From positions 12,813-76,812 of the forward strand of contig URZY01000003.1 in NCBI GenBank assembly GCA_900552495.1: a stretch of 64,000 nucleotides of DNA, read 5' to 3'. Made by a program: the position numbers and the translations under genes. The stretch comes from an uncultured Mycoplasmatota bacterium (GTDB taxonomy: Bacteria; Bacillota_I; Bacilli_A; RF39; UBA660). The notes under the pieces were generated by a model, which worked only from the letters and a program-made list of their open reading frames with translations, searched no databases and was not told the DNA's origin. This document shows positions 19,996 through 28,264 of this stretch, piece by piece; position 1 is the first letter of the stretch; every line of letters begins with the position of its first letter.

Positions 19996-20011
19996 TACTT
20001 GTTAAAGTACT
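19994..20011. terminator. bidirectional hairpin between the nuclease gene and the tRNA array
   Basis: AGTACTT-GTTA-AAGTACT, flanked by A8 on one side and a T-rich run on the other. Confidence 0.55.
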
Positions 20012-20048
20012 TTATTCATCGAACCCAATGTATGAGCTAAAAAACAAA

Positions 20049-20125
20049 TGGTCGGGAAGACAGGATTTGAACCTGCAACCCCTTGGTCCCAAACCAAGTG
20101 CTCTACCAAGTTGAGCCACTTCCCG
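20049..20125 (-). tRNA. tRNA-Pro (UGG)
   Basis: Reverse complement is CGGGAAGTGGCTCAA...CTTGG-TTTGGGA-CCAAG...CTTCCCGACCA, which folds as a cloverleaf with an encoded CCA. Confidence 0.92.
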
Positions 20126-20133
20126 ATAATTAA

Positions 20134-20210
20134 TGGTGCGCTCGAAGGGATTCGAACCCCTGACCTTTTGGTTCGTAGCCAAACACTCTATCCAACTGAG
20201 CTACGAGCGC
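20134..20210 (-). tRNA. tRNA-Arg (ACG)
   Basis: Reverse complement is GCGCTCGTAGCTCAGTTGGATAGAG...TTTGG-CTACGAA-CCAAA...CGAGCGCACCA. Confidence 0.92.
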
Positions 20211-20247
20211 ATGACTATGACTATGTCAGTCAGGCAATTAATAAAAC

Positions 20248-20323
20248 TGGTGGCTCCAGCGGGAATCGAACCAGCGACACAGGGATTTTCAGTCCCTTGC
20301 TCTACCAACTGAGCTATGAAGCC
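20248..20323 (-). tRNA. tRNA-Phe (GAA)
   Basis: Reverse complement is GGCTTCATAGCTCAGTTGGTAGAGC-AAGGGA-CTGAAAA-TCCCT...GGAGCCACCA. Confidence 0.92.
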
Positions 20324-20331
20324 AAATATAA

Positions 20332-20408
20332 TGGCGGTCTCAACGGGACTCGAACCCGCGATCTTCTGCGTGACAGGCAGACGTGTTAACCAGCTGCACC
20401 ATGAGACC
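20332..20408 (-). tRNA. tRNA-Asp (GUC)
   Basis: Reverse complement is GGTCTCATGGTGCAGCTGGTTAACAC...TCTGC-CTGTCAC-GCAGA...TGAGACCGCCA. Confidence 0.92.
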
Positions 20409-20421
20409 AAAATAATTAAAT

Positions 20422-20498
20422 TGGTTGCGGGAGAAGGATTTGAACCTACGACCTCTGGGTTATGAGCCCAGCGAGCTACCGAACTGCTCCATCCCGCG
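20422..20498 (-). tRNA. initiator tRNA-fMet (CAU)
   Basis: Reverse complement is CGCGGGATGGAGCAGTTCGGTAGCTCGCTGGGCTCATAACCCAGAGG.... It has the C1-A72 mismatch and three G:C pairs closing the anticodon stem. Confidence 0.9.
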
Positions 20499-20518
20499 AT
20501 ATTACTATTAAAACTATA

Positions 20519-20611
20519 TGGCGGAGGAAAAGGGATTCGAACCCCTGCGCCGCTCGCACGACCTCCCGGTTTTCAAGACCGGTCCCTTCAACCAGACTTG
20601 GGTATTCCTCC
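20519..20611 (-). tRNA. tRNA-Ser (UGA), long variable arm
   Basis: Reverse complement is GGAGGAATACCCAAGTCTGGTTGAAGGGA-CCGGT-CTTGAAA-ACCGG plus a long variable arm, ending ...TTCCTCCGCCA. Length 93 nt. Confidence 0.9.
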
Positions 20612-20637
20612 AATTCGTCATTTATGACGTTGAATTG

Positions 20638-20667
20638 ATTATATCATAATTTTTTTTGTTTAGTCAA
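20638..20667 (-). promoter_or_regulatory. internal sigma-A type promoter splitting the tRNA array
   Basis: Minus strand has TTGACT, 18 nt, then TATAAT, inside the 104-nt gap between tRNA-Leu and tRNA-Ser. Confidence 0.55.
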
Positions 20668-20715
20668 TAATCTCTTCTTTTTATTTAAAAACTCTTATCT
20701 GAGTAATTAACAAGA

Positions 20716-20804
20716 TGGTGCCTAAGGCCGGACTTGAACCGGCACGAGGGTTGATTCTCGCAGGATTTTAAGTCCTGTGCGTCTACCAATTCCGCCACTC
20801 AGGC
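20716..20804 (-). tRNA. tRNA-Leu (UAA), long variable arm
   Basis: Reverse complement is GCCTGAGTGGCGGAATTGGTAGACGCA-CAGGA-CTTAAAA-TCCTG...CTTAGGCACCA. Confidence 0.9.
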
Positions 20805-20807
20805 ACA

Positions 20808-20883
20808 TGGTGACCTGTATGAGATTCGAACTCATGACCCTTTGATTAAAAGTCAAATGCTCTACCAACTGAGCTAACAGATC
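20808..20883 (-). tRNA. tRNA-Lys (UUU)
   Basis: Reverse complement is GATCTGTTAGCTCAGTTGGTAGAGCA-TTTGA-CTTTTAA-TCAAA...ACAGGTCACCA. Confidence 0.92.
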
Positions 20884-20894
20884 ATAATTATAAA

Positions 20895-20969
20895 TGGCTG
20901 CCTCGGTTAGATTCGAACTAACGCATGTCAGAGTCAAAGTCTGATGCCTTACCACTTGGCTACGAGGCA
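20895..20969 (-). tRNA. tRNA-Gln (UUG)
   Basis: Reverse complement is TGCCTCGTAGCCAAGTGGTAAGGCA-TCAGA-CTTTGAC-TCTGA...CGAGGCAGCCA. Confidence 0.9.
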
Positions 20970-20977
20970 ATCTTAAG

Positions 20978-21062
20978 TGGTGGAGAGAGATGGATTCGAA
21001 CCATCGAACTCAATGAGAACAGATTTACAGTCTGTCGCGTTTAGCCTCTTCGCTACCTCTCC
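20978..21062 (-). tRNA. tRNA-Tyr (GUA), long variable arm
   Basis: Reverse complement is GGAGAGGTAGCGAAGAGGCTAAACGCG-ACAGA-CTGTAAA-TCTGT...TCTCTCCACCA. Confidence 0.9.
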
Positions 21063-21070
21063 AAAAAAAA

Positions 21071-21146
21071 TGGTGCCGAAAACAGGACTTGAACCCGTAA
21101 CCTACTGATTACAAATCAGTTGCTCTACCAATTGAGCTATTTCGGC
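21071..21146 (-). tRNA. tRNA-Thr (UGU)
   Basis: Reverse complement is GCCGAAATAGCTCAATTGGTAGAGCA-ACTGA-TTTGTAA-TCAGT...TTTCGGCACCA. Confidence 0.92.
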
Positions 21147-21147
21147 A

Positions 21148-21224
21148 TGGTGGGCGATACAGGACTCGAACCTGTGACCCCCTGCTTGTAAGGCAGGTGC
21201 TCTAACCAACTGAGCTAATCGCCC
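21148..21224 (-). tRNA. tRNA-Val (UAC)
   Basis: Reverse complement is GGGCGATTAGCTCAGTTGGTTAGAGCA-CCTGC-CTTACAA-GCAGG...ATCGCCCACCA. Confidence 0.92.
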
Positions 21225-21247
21225 GAACAAATCAGTTGACGTAATTT

Positions 21248-21276
21248 AATATACCAATTATTAGTTTTTTTGTCAA
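21248..21276 (-). promoter_or_regulatory. sigma-A type promoter of the tRNA array
   Basis: Minus strand has TTGACA, 17 nt, then TATATT, about 25 nt upstream of tRNA-Val. Confidence 0.6.
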
Positions 21277-21294
21277 CGCTTTTTCTGTTTTTTT

Positions 21295-21660
21295 TTAATT
21301 TTTTATGTTTTTCTCTGAAATTTCTTTTATTTTTGTATCTACCCAATTATTAAGTGCTGATGTTAAAGTTGAAAAACCACTTTTTGTTTCTACTATTCTC
21401 TGACTTTTCTTACCATTAATTCTATAATCAACATCCTTTATACTAAGCTTTATTTTTCCATCTTTTTCGTCTTCTATTACTTTTGCCTCGATTATTTCTC
21501 CTAGTTTTACATAATCATGTATGTTTCTAACGTAGTTAGTACTTATCTCCGAGATATGAATTAACCCACTCTTACTTTCATCAACATTTACAAAAATACC
21601 ATATTTTTCTATTCCTGTTACATACCCTTTTACTAAATCACCTTTTTTATACGTCACCAT
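21295..21660 (-). CDS. S1 RNA-binding domain protein (YabR/GSP13-like)
   Basis: N-terminal S1 fold GDLVKGYVTGIEKYGIFVNV...GLIHISEIS. Confidence 0.8.
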   Translation of the reverse strand: MVTYKKGDLVKGYVTGIEKYGIFVNVDESKSGLIHISEISTNYVRNIHDYVKLGEIIEAKVIEDEKDGKIKLSIKDVDYRINGKKSQRIVETKSGFSTLTSALNNWVDTKIKEISEKNIKN

Positions 21661-21761
21661 CTACTACACCTTCCTTGTATATTATATCATCATTATATAT
21701 ATATAACAAGAATTAAGTTTACTGGTGGTATTTTTTGTGATATAATTTCTTTGGTGATTTT

Positions 21762-21998
21762 ATGAAAAGTGATGAGATAACTAATAAAATTATTTTACTT
21801 ATTGATAAATTGAAGCCTTTTCTTATTAACGATGGAGGAAACCTTGAATTTGTCAAATATGAGGACAATATAGTTTATGTGCGAATGCTTGGTGCATGCA
21901 AAGATTGTGCAATGATGGACATTACATTAAAGGAAGGCATTGAAGAAATTATTGTTAGTGAAATTCCTGAAGTCAAAGAAGTTAGAAATATAGATTAG
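21762..21998 (+). CDS. NifU-like (Nfu C-terminal domain) iron-sulfur assembly protein
   Basis: 78 aa with the motifs DGGNLEFV and GACKDC (CxxC). Confidence 0.85.
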   Translation: MKSDEITNKIILLIDKLKPFLINDGGNLEFVKYEDNIVYVRMLGACKDCAMMDITLKEGIEEIIVSEIPEVKEVRNID

Positions 21999-22000
21999 TT

Positions 22001-22849
22001 TTATAACCAATCTATTTTTTTTATATCCTGTTTTTTTGTAAATTCTTTATATATTTCTTTTAATCGATTTTCGTAGTTAGTAATTTCGGAAATCAACATT
22101 TTAAATTGCATATTATTAATCGCAGAGACCAATAATCCATCATAGTAATAATTAGGAAATATTAATCTTGCATACACTAATTCCAAATTTATATTTTCAT
22201 AATTTGAAAGTAATTGATTTAATTTGGTGGTTGTTATATCCTGTTTTCTAATTATTTTTCTTATTTTTTCACTTAATTCTCTCTCTTCAATATCAACAAT
22301 CAAGTTAAGTGGATTATAAAGTTCGCCTTCTTCTAATACTCTATAAGTTAAAATCTGAGTTTTATTTTCTGGGTTCAAACCGTTAACATATGCTATGGCC
22401 GTTTCTGCCATAGAATCATAATAGTTATATATTGTTATATCATACTCTTCTTTAGAATTTTTATTAATTATTTTGCTATAATAGTCTTTCTTTTTTATCC
22501 ATAATTTTTTCCAGTCTGTTTTTACTATTTCTCCATTTATCTTAGTGGTGAGTTTTATAGGAGATGATAAATTTGCTTTGATTTTATGAGTTTCTAGTAG
22601 TACATAATTGTGACCGTTTAATATACTATATAGTTGATTGTCTTTGCTTTTTTGAATGTAATAAAACCTTTCTCTTAAATGTTCTTGCTCTATTATTTGA
22701 TTAATATTTTCTAATTCATCCAACTTATCTGTCTCACAAAGAATATATCTTTTTTCTCCATCCTTAATTCTAATACTATTTTTCACCTTATAAATTGTGG
22801 GATCTTTTAAATTATAATTATACTTTAAAAAATATTTCATACGCATCAC
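22001..22849 (-). CDS. CotS/YutH-like spore-coat kinase-fold protein, catalytic residues apparently degenerate
   Basis: Its size, its position near yutD and the NifU-like gene, and the C-terminal pattern ...LNLIVDIEERELSEKI... resemble the CotS family. The canonical HxD...N is missing. Confidence 0.35.
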   Translation of the reverse strand: MMRMKYFLKYNYNLKDPTIYKVKNSIRIKDGEKRYILCETDKLDELENINQIIEQEHLRERFYYIQKSKDNQLYSILNGHNYVLLETHKIKANLSSPIKLTTKINGEIVKTDWKKLWIKKKDYYSKIINKNSKEEYDITIYNYYDSMAETAIAYVNGLNPENKTQILTYRVLEEGELYNPLNLIVDIEERELSEKIRKIIRKQDITTTKLNQLLSNYENINLELVYARLIFPNYYYDGLLVSAINNMQFKMLISEITNYENRLKEIYKEFTKKQDIKKIDWL

Positions 22850-22864
22850 TTATTTATATATATG

Positions 22865-22898
22865 CAAAAAAAAACAAACAAGAACTATTTTGCTCTTG
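22865..22898 (-). terminator. rho-independent terminator after the 494-aa gene
   Basis: Minus strand has CAAGAGC-AAAATA-GTTCTTG followed by TTTGTTTTTTTTT. Confidence 0.6.
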
Positions 22899-24369
22899 CT
22901 TGTGAAACCTTCATTTCTGCTGCACCGCTTGCCATTAAACTAATCATTTGATCTATTTCACGCTCTGTTGCTTGATTTTGTTCGCTAAGTTCTTGATATG
23001 ATTGATTTCTAGCATTTAAAGTAGCTTCATAACTTTCAACATAACTTCTGAACTCCCCAACAGTTCTATTATATCTTTGTTGGTTGGCTTGAAGTCTCTC
23101 TTGTGCTGCTTCATATTTGTGGTCAATGATTTCTTCTTCTCTCTGTAATATTCTTAGCTTATCCATATATGCTTGTATATCGCCAACTGATGAATGAATA
23201 GTCATATGATTATCATAATCTCCACTTCTGTCTGGAGCAATTATAGACATTTCTCTTTCATTTCTACTTTCTTGTGCTGTATCCGATATTTTTGTTGCAA
23301 CTCTTACATTCTGATCACCTTTTGGTTCAATTACAAGACCTTTAAATTCACGTAATGGAGTTAATGCTTTTTTGGGCGTATGAATTGCTGGCATTATCCT
23401 ATTTATTTTGTCACCGAACGGTGAAATTGCTGGAATATCTTTTTCCTGCTGAGATGGGATATTAGTTGCTAAAGATTTTTTTCTATCTATTCTTGTAATT
23501 CTAAAATCTTCATCTATATCCTCTCTTTTCATACGATAAGTTCCATCATCATTTATAAACTTATTTACTTTAGCTGGTGAACTTTCATTACTACTAACTT
23601 TAATCTTTTCCATTTCTTCATTTATAGCAGCGGCAAGTTCTTCTGGATTTATTCTTGGTGTAACATCTATTTGGCTTAAAGAGTCAGCAACTGCATCTGT
23701 AATTTCTTGCTTTGAAATTGGTGAATTATCCGATTGTTGTTCTGGTGTTGGAACTGGTGCAGGCTTAGAAATTTGATTATCTTTATCTTCTGCCATTATT
23801 CTTTGAACTTCTGCAGCTATTTTCTCTTGTTGTTCACGCATTTGTTCATCAACTTGCTCTTGTTGTGGGGTTTTAATTGCAATTGACTCTGGTTTCGTAC
23901 TAGTAGTGGTTGACTGTTTCTCAACCACAGTTTCATTTCCGTTAATAATTTCATCTTTTACATCATCAGGAACTCCATATAAAGAGTTTCTATTGTATTG
24001 TAAGTTCTTTATCATTGTGTCTTTTAATTTAATTGCGCGCGAATTTACAAATTCTTCTGTTAAATAATTACCTGTTTCTAAAAAGTTAATCTTTGATTCA
24101 AGTTTGGCTATAGCTGTTGTCTTACTTAAAAGTTTTCTTTCTGACTTATCACGAGGAGAACCAGGTGTTAATTGGCTACCCTTGAATTCCATAGATACTA
24201 ACTTTTCTTTGTCTGAAATTAATTTGCTTTTTAATCTATTTAGCCTGAATTTTTTAAATCTTTCTTGCATTTGTTTGAATGAAGCAGGTTTACATTTTAT
24301 TTTTTTTATTCTAATATGTCCGAATTTGTGTGTTCTACTATCTGCATCTACTAATTCAACAGTCGCCAT
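22885..24369 (-). CDS. hypothetical protein: basic N-terminus, P/Q/E-rich middle, C-terminal coiled coil
   Basis: 494-aa ORF with no recognised motif. Confidence 0.5.
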   Translation of the reverse strand: MATVELVDADSRTHKFGHIRIKKIKCKPASFKQMQERFKKFRLNRLKSKLISDKEKLVSMEFKGSQLTPGSPRDKSERKLLSKTTAIAKLESKINFLETGNYLTEEFVNSRAIKLKDTMIKNLQYNRNSLYGVPDDVKDEIINGNETVVEKQSTTTSTKPESIAIKTPQQEQVDEQMREQQEKIAAEVQRIMAEDKDNQISKPAPVPTPEQQSDNSPISKQEITDAVADSLSQIDVTPRINPEELAAAINEEMEKIKVSSNESSPAKVNKFINDDGTYRMKREDIDEDFRITRIDRKKSLATNIPSQQEKDIPAISPFGDKINRIMPAIHTPKKALTPLREFKGLVIEPKGDQNVRVATKISDTAQESRNEREMSIIAPDRSGDYDNHMTIHSSVGDIQAYMDKLRILQREEEIIDHKYEAAQERLQANQQRYNRTVGEFRSYVESYEATLNARNQSYQELSEQNQATEREIDQMISLMASGAAEMKVSQARAK

Positions 24370-24391
24370 AAACTATACCTCCTTATATTTC

Positions 24392-24670
24392 TTATTCAGC
24401 TTTTGACAATTCTCTTAATACATCTTTTACGCGGCTCCACTCTTCTTCATCTTCAACACCTAAAAGCTTTGCTTCACCAGATGAACGGTCAACGTGAGAA
24501 ACGTAAACTGTTATGTTGTCATTTTCGTCTTTTTCATTTTTTGTATATACAACATATTCCTTTTTTGTATCTTTAAACTCGAAGGCAATTACTACTTCAA
24601 CTTCTTCGATTGAACCATCGTCAGCTACGATAGACATCATTTTCTTCTCTAATTCTTGATTTTCTGTCAT
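24392..24670 (-). CDS. DUF1292 (YrzB/UPF0473) family protein
   Basis: 92-aa acidic protein with the pattern DDGSIEEVEVVIAFEF...KEYVVYT. Confidence 0.65.
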   Translation of the reverse strand: MTENQELEKKMMSIVADDGSIEEVEVVIAFEFKDTKKEYVVYTKNEKDENDNITVYVSHVDRSSGEAKLLGVEDEEEWSRVKDVLRELSKAE

Positions 24671-24736
24671 ATGAGAAATCCTCCCTTATTATTCATATAT
24701 TATAATTCTAACATATTTTTGAATAATTACAATAGT

Positions 24737-25015
24737 TTACTTAATTTTTTTTAACAGAAAAACCTTTGCTCCATAGCTACAATAATTGGATATATAATCA
24801 TCTAAAGTCTTAATATCATTGATTTTAGTTGCTTTTTTATTTGTACTTTCGTTATATCCTTTTAATCTAACTTTTTCATATGAATAATCACCAAATATAT
24901 AATCAAAGTCGTCAAAATAGTCTGTTATTTTTTCAGATAATTCATCTTTATTCAAACAGTTATTATCGTTTCTAATTATTTCATATATCGTTCCATTTAT
25001 TTCAATCTTCTTCAT
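24737..25015 (-). CDS. YutD-like (DUF1027) protein
   Basis: 92 aa. YEIIRN...FDDFDYIFGDYSYEKVRLKGY matches the YutD signature DYIVGDW-Y..LRLKGF. Confidence 0.6.
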   Translation of the reverse strand: MKKIEINGTIYEIIRNDNNCLNKDELSEKITDYFDDFDYIFGDYSYEKVRLKGYNESTNKKATKINDIKTLDDYISNYCSYGAKVFLLKKIK

Positions 25016-25061
25016 AATACACCTCGTACCAATTATATCATATTTTGAAAAATAATATTAA

Positions 25062-25775
25062 TTAATTGTCAGCTTGATTTGGATATGATTTTTCTAATTG
25101 TTTCTCATAATACTGCTCTGGAATAATACCTTGAATAATTTTTATTGTAAGGGGAGCTTCTATTTTAATCTTATTGTTTTTGGAAGAAACTGGCAAACTT
25201 ACTCTCTCTTCTATTTCTATCACAGCTGTTACTTCTACCACCAAGCTGTTAAAACCATAGGAAGTTAATTTGGTTTTTATTTTCGTTGTTAATCCACCTT
25301 TAAAACTCATTTTGAGCGGTATATAAGGGCCATAATTTGCATAAAAAGCATTGTTTTTTAGAGTTCCAAATGGCACTTCACATATAACACCACCATCAAC
25401 TTTTTTAAATCTGCCAAACTTTAAATCAGTCGCAATTGGAAATTTTTCTATTTTTCCTTCTTCTAAAGCTAATAAATCTTTGTAAATTTCATCATATATT
25501 ATTCGTAGTAGACGATTTACTTCTTGTGTATTATAATCAAGCAGCTCAACTTCACCATTAGTTGTTTTTTCGATAACAAATAGTTCATTTAAACTGTTAT
25601 TTTCGAGTATTTTATTAATACGACTATTTACAATATTAGAAACTATTCGTGTTGATTCAACATTGACATATGTGTATAACTGCTTGGTTAATTGCTTTCC
25701 CAATTTATCAATCAAAAAAAAAGAAATTATTAGAGCTAAGACACATATTATTACAAATTTTTGAAGTTTATTCAT
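25062..25775 (-). CDS. yunB: sporulation protein YunB
   Basis: N-terminal TM and the pattern ...VPFGTLKNN...YGPYIPLKMSF.G...TKIKTKLTSYGFNS...IQGIIPEQYY, colinear with B. subtilis YunB. Confidence 0.65.
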   Translation of the reverse strand: MNKLQKFVIICVLALIISFFLIDKLGKQLTKQLYTYVNVESTRIVSNIVNSRINKILENNSLNELFVIEKTTNGEVELLDYNTQEVNRLLRIIYDEIYKDLLALEEGKIEKFPIATDLKFGRFKKVDGGVICEVPFGTLKNNAFYANYGPYIPLKMSFKGGLTTKIKTKLTSYGFNSLVVEVTAVIEIEERVSLPVSSKNNKIKIEAPLTIKIIQGIIPEQYYEKQLEKSYPNQADN

Positions 25776-26000
25776 ATATATTTGTCTTAACTAAAATAAC
25801 ATCCTCTCCTATTTTGGTAATATCTTTCCACAAAATTTGGGAATCCAATTCTTTATTAAGTGAAAATAGCCGCCTTGATGATTCGAGAATTAATGATTCA
25901 ACAGAACCATCCTCTAAAATGTTAACATCTATAATCGAACCGACATTTTTACCATCGGTAATGTTAATTATTTTTTTGACTGCAATTCTGAAAGTCGCAT
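25768..26000 (-). pseudogene. ylmC: YlmC/YmxH-family (PRC-barrel) sporulation protein interrupted at an A7 tract
   Basis: The ATG 26000 frame gives MRLSELQSKK and then TAA (25968-25970). The -1 frame continues IINITDGKNVGSIIDVNILEDGSVESLILE...GEDVILVKTNIYE to 25768. The junction is TC-AAAAAAA-T (plus-strand T7 at 25971-25977). Confidence 0.75.
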
Positions 26001-26048
26001 AATATCACCTAATACAATATATGTTTTTTTCTTGTTTTTATACTAATA

Positions 26049-26828
26049 CTAACGTAGTGTTTTTTTCAATTGTTTAATAGCCCCTTTCTCTAATCTTGAT
26101 ACTTGTGCTTGACTAATGCTTAACTCATCAGCAATTTCCATTTGGGTTTTCCCTATTATGAATCTTTGGTCAAGAATATATTTTTCGCGCTCTTCTAAAT
26201 TATCAATTGCTGCAGAAACCGCTAATTTTGTAGATAGCTCATTACTATTGGATCTTTTATCTTCAATTTGATCACATAAATAAATAGTATCCCCTCCATC
26301 ATTATAGATGGGTTCATACATACTAACAGGTTCTTTTAAGGATTCTAAGGCGGTGACTACATCATAGGGTTCCACTTCCAATCGACAAGCTAAATCTTCA
26401 ATTGACATTTCAATTCCAAATTCATTATGGTATTCCTCTTTTAATTTTAATGCTTTATATGCTAGGTCTTTAAGAGAACGGCTTACTCTAATACTACTAG
26501 TGTTATCGCGGATATAGCGTTTTACTTCTCCTAAAATCATTGGAACCGCATAGGTTGAGAATTTGACTTCATGGGATAAGTCAAAATTGTCAATTGCTTT
26601 TAAGAGCCCGATACAGCCAATCTGAAAAAGATCATCCATGTTTTCTGTTCTATTCATAAATTTTCTTAGTATTGATAAAACTAGTTTTAAGTTTCCCTGT
26701 ACCAGTAAGTCACGTGCAAATTCATCGCCACTTTGCATCTTTCTAAAAAGTTCATTCATTTCCTCCTGTTTTAATACTATTATATCATTTGTATTAATAC
26801 CGCTTATTTCTACCTTGTATTTTGCCAT
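26049..26828 (-). CDS. sigG: sporulation sigma factor SigG
   Basis: Near-colinear with B. subtilis SigG: KVEISG...VLKQEEMNELFRKMQSGD...DDLFQIGCIGLLKAIDNFDLSHEVKFSTYAVPMI.GE.KRY.RDN..IRVSRSL. ATG 26828 lies 8 nt after GAGGAGAG. Confidence 0.85.
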   Translation of the reverse strand: MAKYKVEISGINTNDIIVLKQEEMNELFRKMQSGDEFARDLLVQGNLKLVLSILRKFMNRTENMDDLFQIGCIGLLKAIDNFDLSHEVKFSTYAVPMILGEVKRYIRDNTSSIRVSRSLKDLAYKALKLKEEYHNEFGIEMSIEDLACRLEVEPYDVVTALESLKEPVSMYEPIYNDGGDTIYLCDQIEDKRSNSNELSTKLAVSAAIDNLEEREKYILDQRFIIGKTQMEIADELSISQAQVSRLEKGAIKQLKKTLR

Positions 26829-26892
26829 ATAAAAATCTCTCCTCACATCAATAGTGGTTGGAGAGATTATTTTTTATTCACTTTTTTCTATT

Positions 26893-27708
26893 TTAATACT
26901 TTTCTAAAAATGAATTTTTAGTACCATCTTTTTTTGTAGCAAGGACTGTATCAATATTGACATTTTCACTCGAAGCAAAAATATTATAAGCTACGTTAGG
27001 ATTAACTTTTTCTAATTCTTTAATTAGTTGCTTTACTTCTAGACGCTTTGAGTCTTTTAAACTATCCTTTTCTGTAAATTTACAGGCACAATTAATAAAT
27101 TCTAAATGATTGTAGTTTTTCCAGGCAATTATTGATTCTTCACGAACTAGATATAGGGGTCTAATAAGTTCCATTCCCTCGAAATTGGTACTTTTTAATT
27201 TAGGCATCATACTTTTATATTCCCCACCATAAAGAATTGAAAGCATTATTGTCTCTATTACATCATCAAAGTGATGACCTAGTGCTATTTTATTGCATCC
27301 TAATTGCTTAGCATGATCATATAAAAAACCGCGACGCATTCTAGCACATAAATAACAAGGCGAAGCAGCAGCATGTCTGTCTACAATATTAAAAATATCG
27401 GAGTTAAATATTTGAATTGGTATTCCTAGACATTTAGCATTATCAATTATTTTTTGGAGATTTTTCTCGTTATAGCCAGGATTCATCACAAGATAGACTA
27501 AATCAAAATTAATTTTTCCATGTTTTTTTATTTCTTCTAAACATTTAGCTAATAAAACAGAATCTTTTCCGCCTGAAATGCATACTGCTATTTTATCATT
27601 TTCTTGAATAAGTTCATAATCTCTAACTGCTTTAGTAAAAGGTCGCCATATAGATTTACGGAATTTGGTAATAATACTTCGCTCGATTTCTTGTTGTTGC
27701 CTTAGCAT
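26893..27708 (-). CDS. ttcA: tRNA 2-thiocytidine biosynthesis protein TtcA (PP-loop ATPase)
   Basis: PP-loop CISGGKDS and the CxxC motif PCYLCARMRRG. Confidence 0.8.
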   Translation of the reverse strand: MLRQQQEIERSIITKFRKSIWRPFTKAVRDYELIQENDKIAVCISGGKDSVLLAKCLEEIKKHGKINFDLVYLVMNPGYNEKNLQKIIDNAKCLGIPIQIFNSDIFNIVDRHAAASPCYLCARMRRGFLYDHAKQLGCNKIALGHHFDDVIETIMLSILYGGEYKSMMPKLKSTNFEGMELIRPLYLVREESIIAWKNYNHLEFINCACKFTEKDSLKDSKRLEVKQLIKELEKVNPNVAYNIFASSENVNIDTVLATKKDGTKNSFLEKY

Positions 27709-27720
27709 ATTATCGCCCGC

Positions 27721-28236
27721 TTAGTCTTCCCGTTCAAGATAATCAGCTCCTTTATGTGGCTCCTCACGCAACAAATCATTGTAATCTTGCTGGCGAAGAG
27801 CTTCGTATATTGCAATAGCAACACTATTGGAAACATTTAATGCCCGTACGTTTGCTGTCATTGGAATTCTCATGCATCTATCTAAACTATCCTTTAATAT
27901 TTCTTTTGGTATTCCAGTTGATTCCTTGCCAAAAATGAAATAGAGATTTTTATTTTCTTTATTTGTGAAATCAAAACTTGTATGGGGCTTATGACCGTAA
28001 CGAGTAAAAAAGTAATACTCTCCTGGATTTTTGGACCTAAATTCTTCAAAACTTTCATAAACCTCTAAATCCAATTTATCAATATAATTTACACCACTTC
28101 TTTTTAAATGAGCATCATCAATTGAAAAACCCAGTGGCTTTATTAAATGTAGTTTGGTATTGGTTGCGACACATGTTCGCATAATATTTCCTTTGTTTTG
28201 TGGAATCTCTGGCTGATATAAAACTATATTATTCAT
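27721..28236 (-). CDS. trmL: SpoU/TrmL-type tRNA 2'-O-methyltransferase
   Basis: NIVLYQPEIPQNKGNIMRTC...LHLIKPLGF..DD..LKRSG and the C-terminal SPOUT knot motif LNVSNSVAIAIYE. Confidence 0.8.
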   Translation of the reverse strand: MNNIVLYQPEIPQNKGNIMRTCVATNTKLHLIKPLGFSIDDAHLKRSGVNYIDKLDLEVYESFEEFRSKNPGEYYFFTRYGHKPHTSFDFTNKENKNLYFIFGKESTGIPKEILKDSLDRCMRIPMTANVRALNVSNSVAIAIYEALRQQDYNDLLREEPHKGADYLERED

Positions 28237-28264
28237 ACTTCCTCCTTATAAATATAAAAGGAGA

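Noticed and set aside
20048-20410. Track ORFs 20048-20389 (+) and 20201-20410 (-)
   Set aside because: They lie entirely over six well-formed tRNA genes. The 'proteins' are translations of tRNA sequence.
20611-20640. Imperfect palindrome CAATTCGTCAT-TT-ATGACGTTGAATTG upstream of tRNA-Ser
   Set aside because: It lies in the short 5' leader between the internal promoter and tRNA-Ser. It is most simply a precursor leader hairpin, and nothing suggests a separate function.
20722-20970. Track ORF 20722-20970 (-)
   Set aside because: It overlaps the tRNA-Leu, tRNA-Lys and tRNA-Gln genes, so it is spurious.
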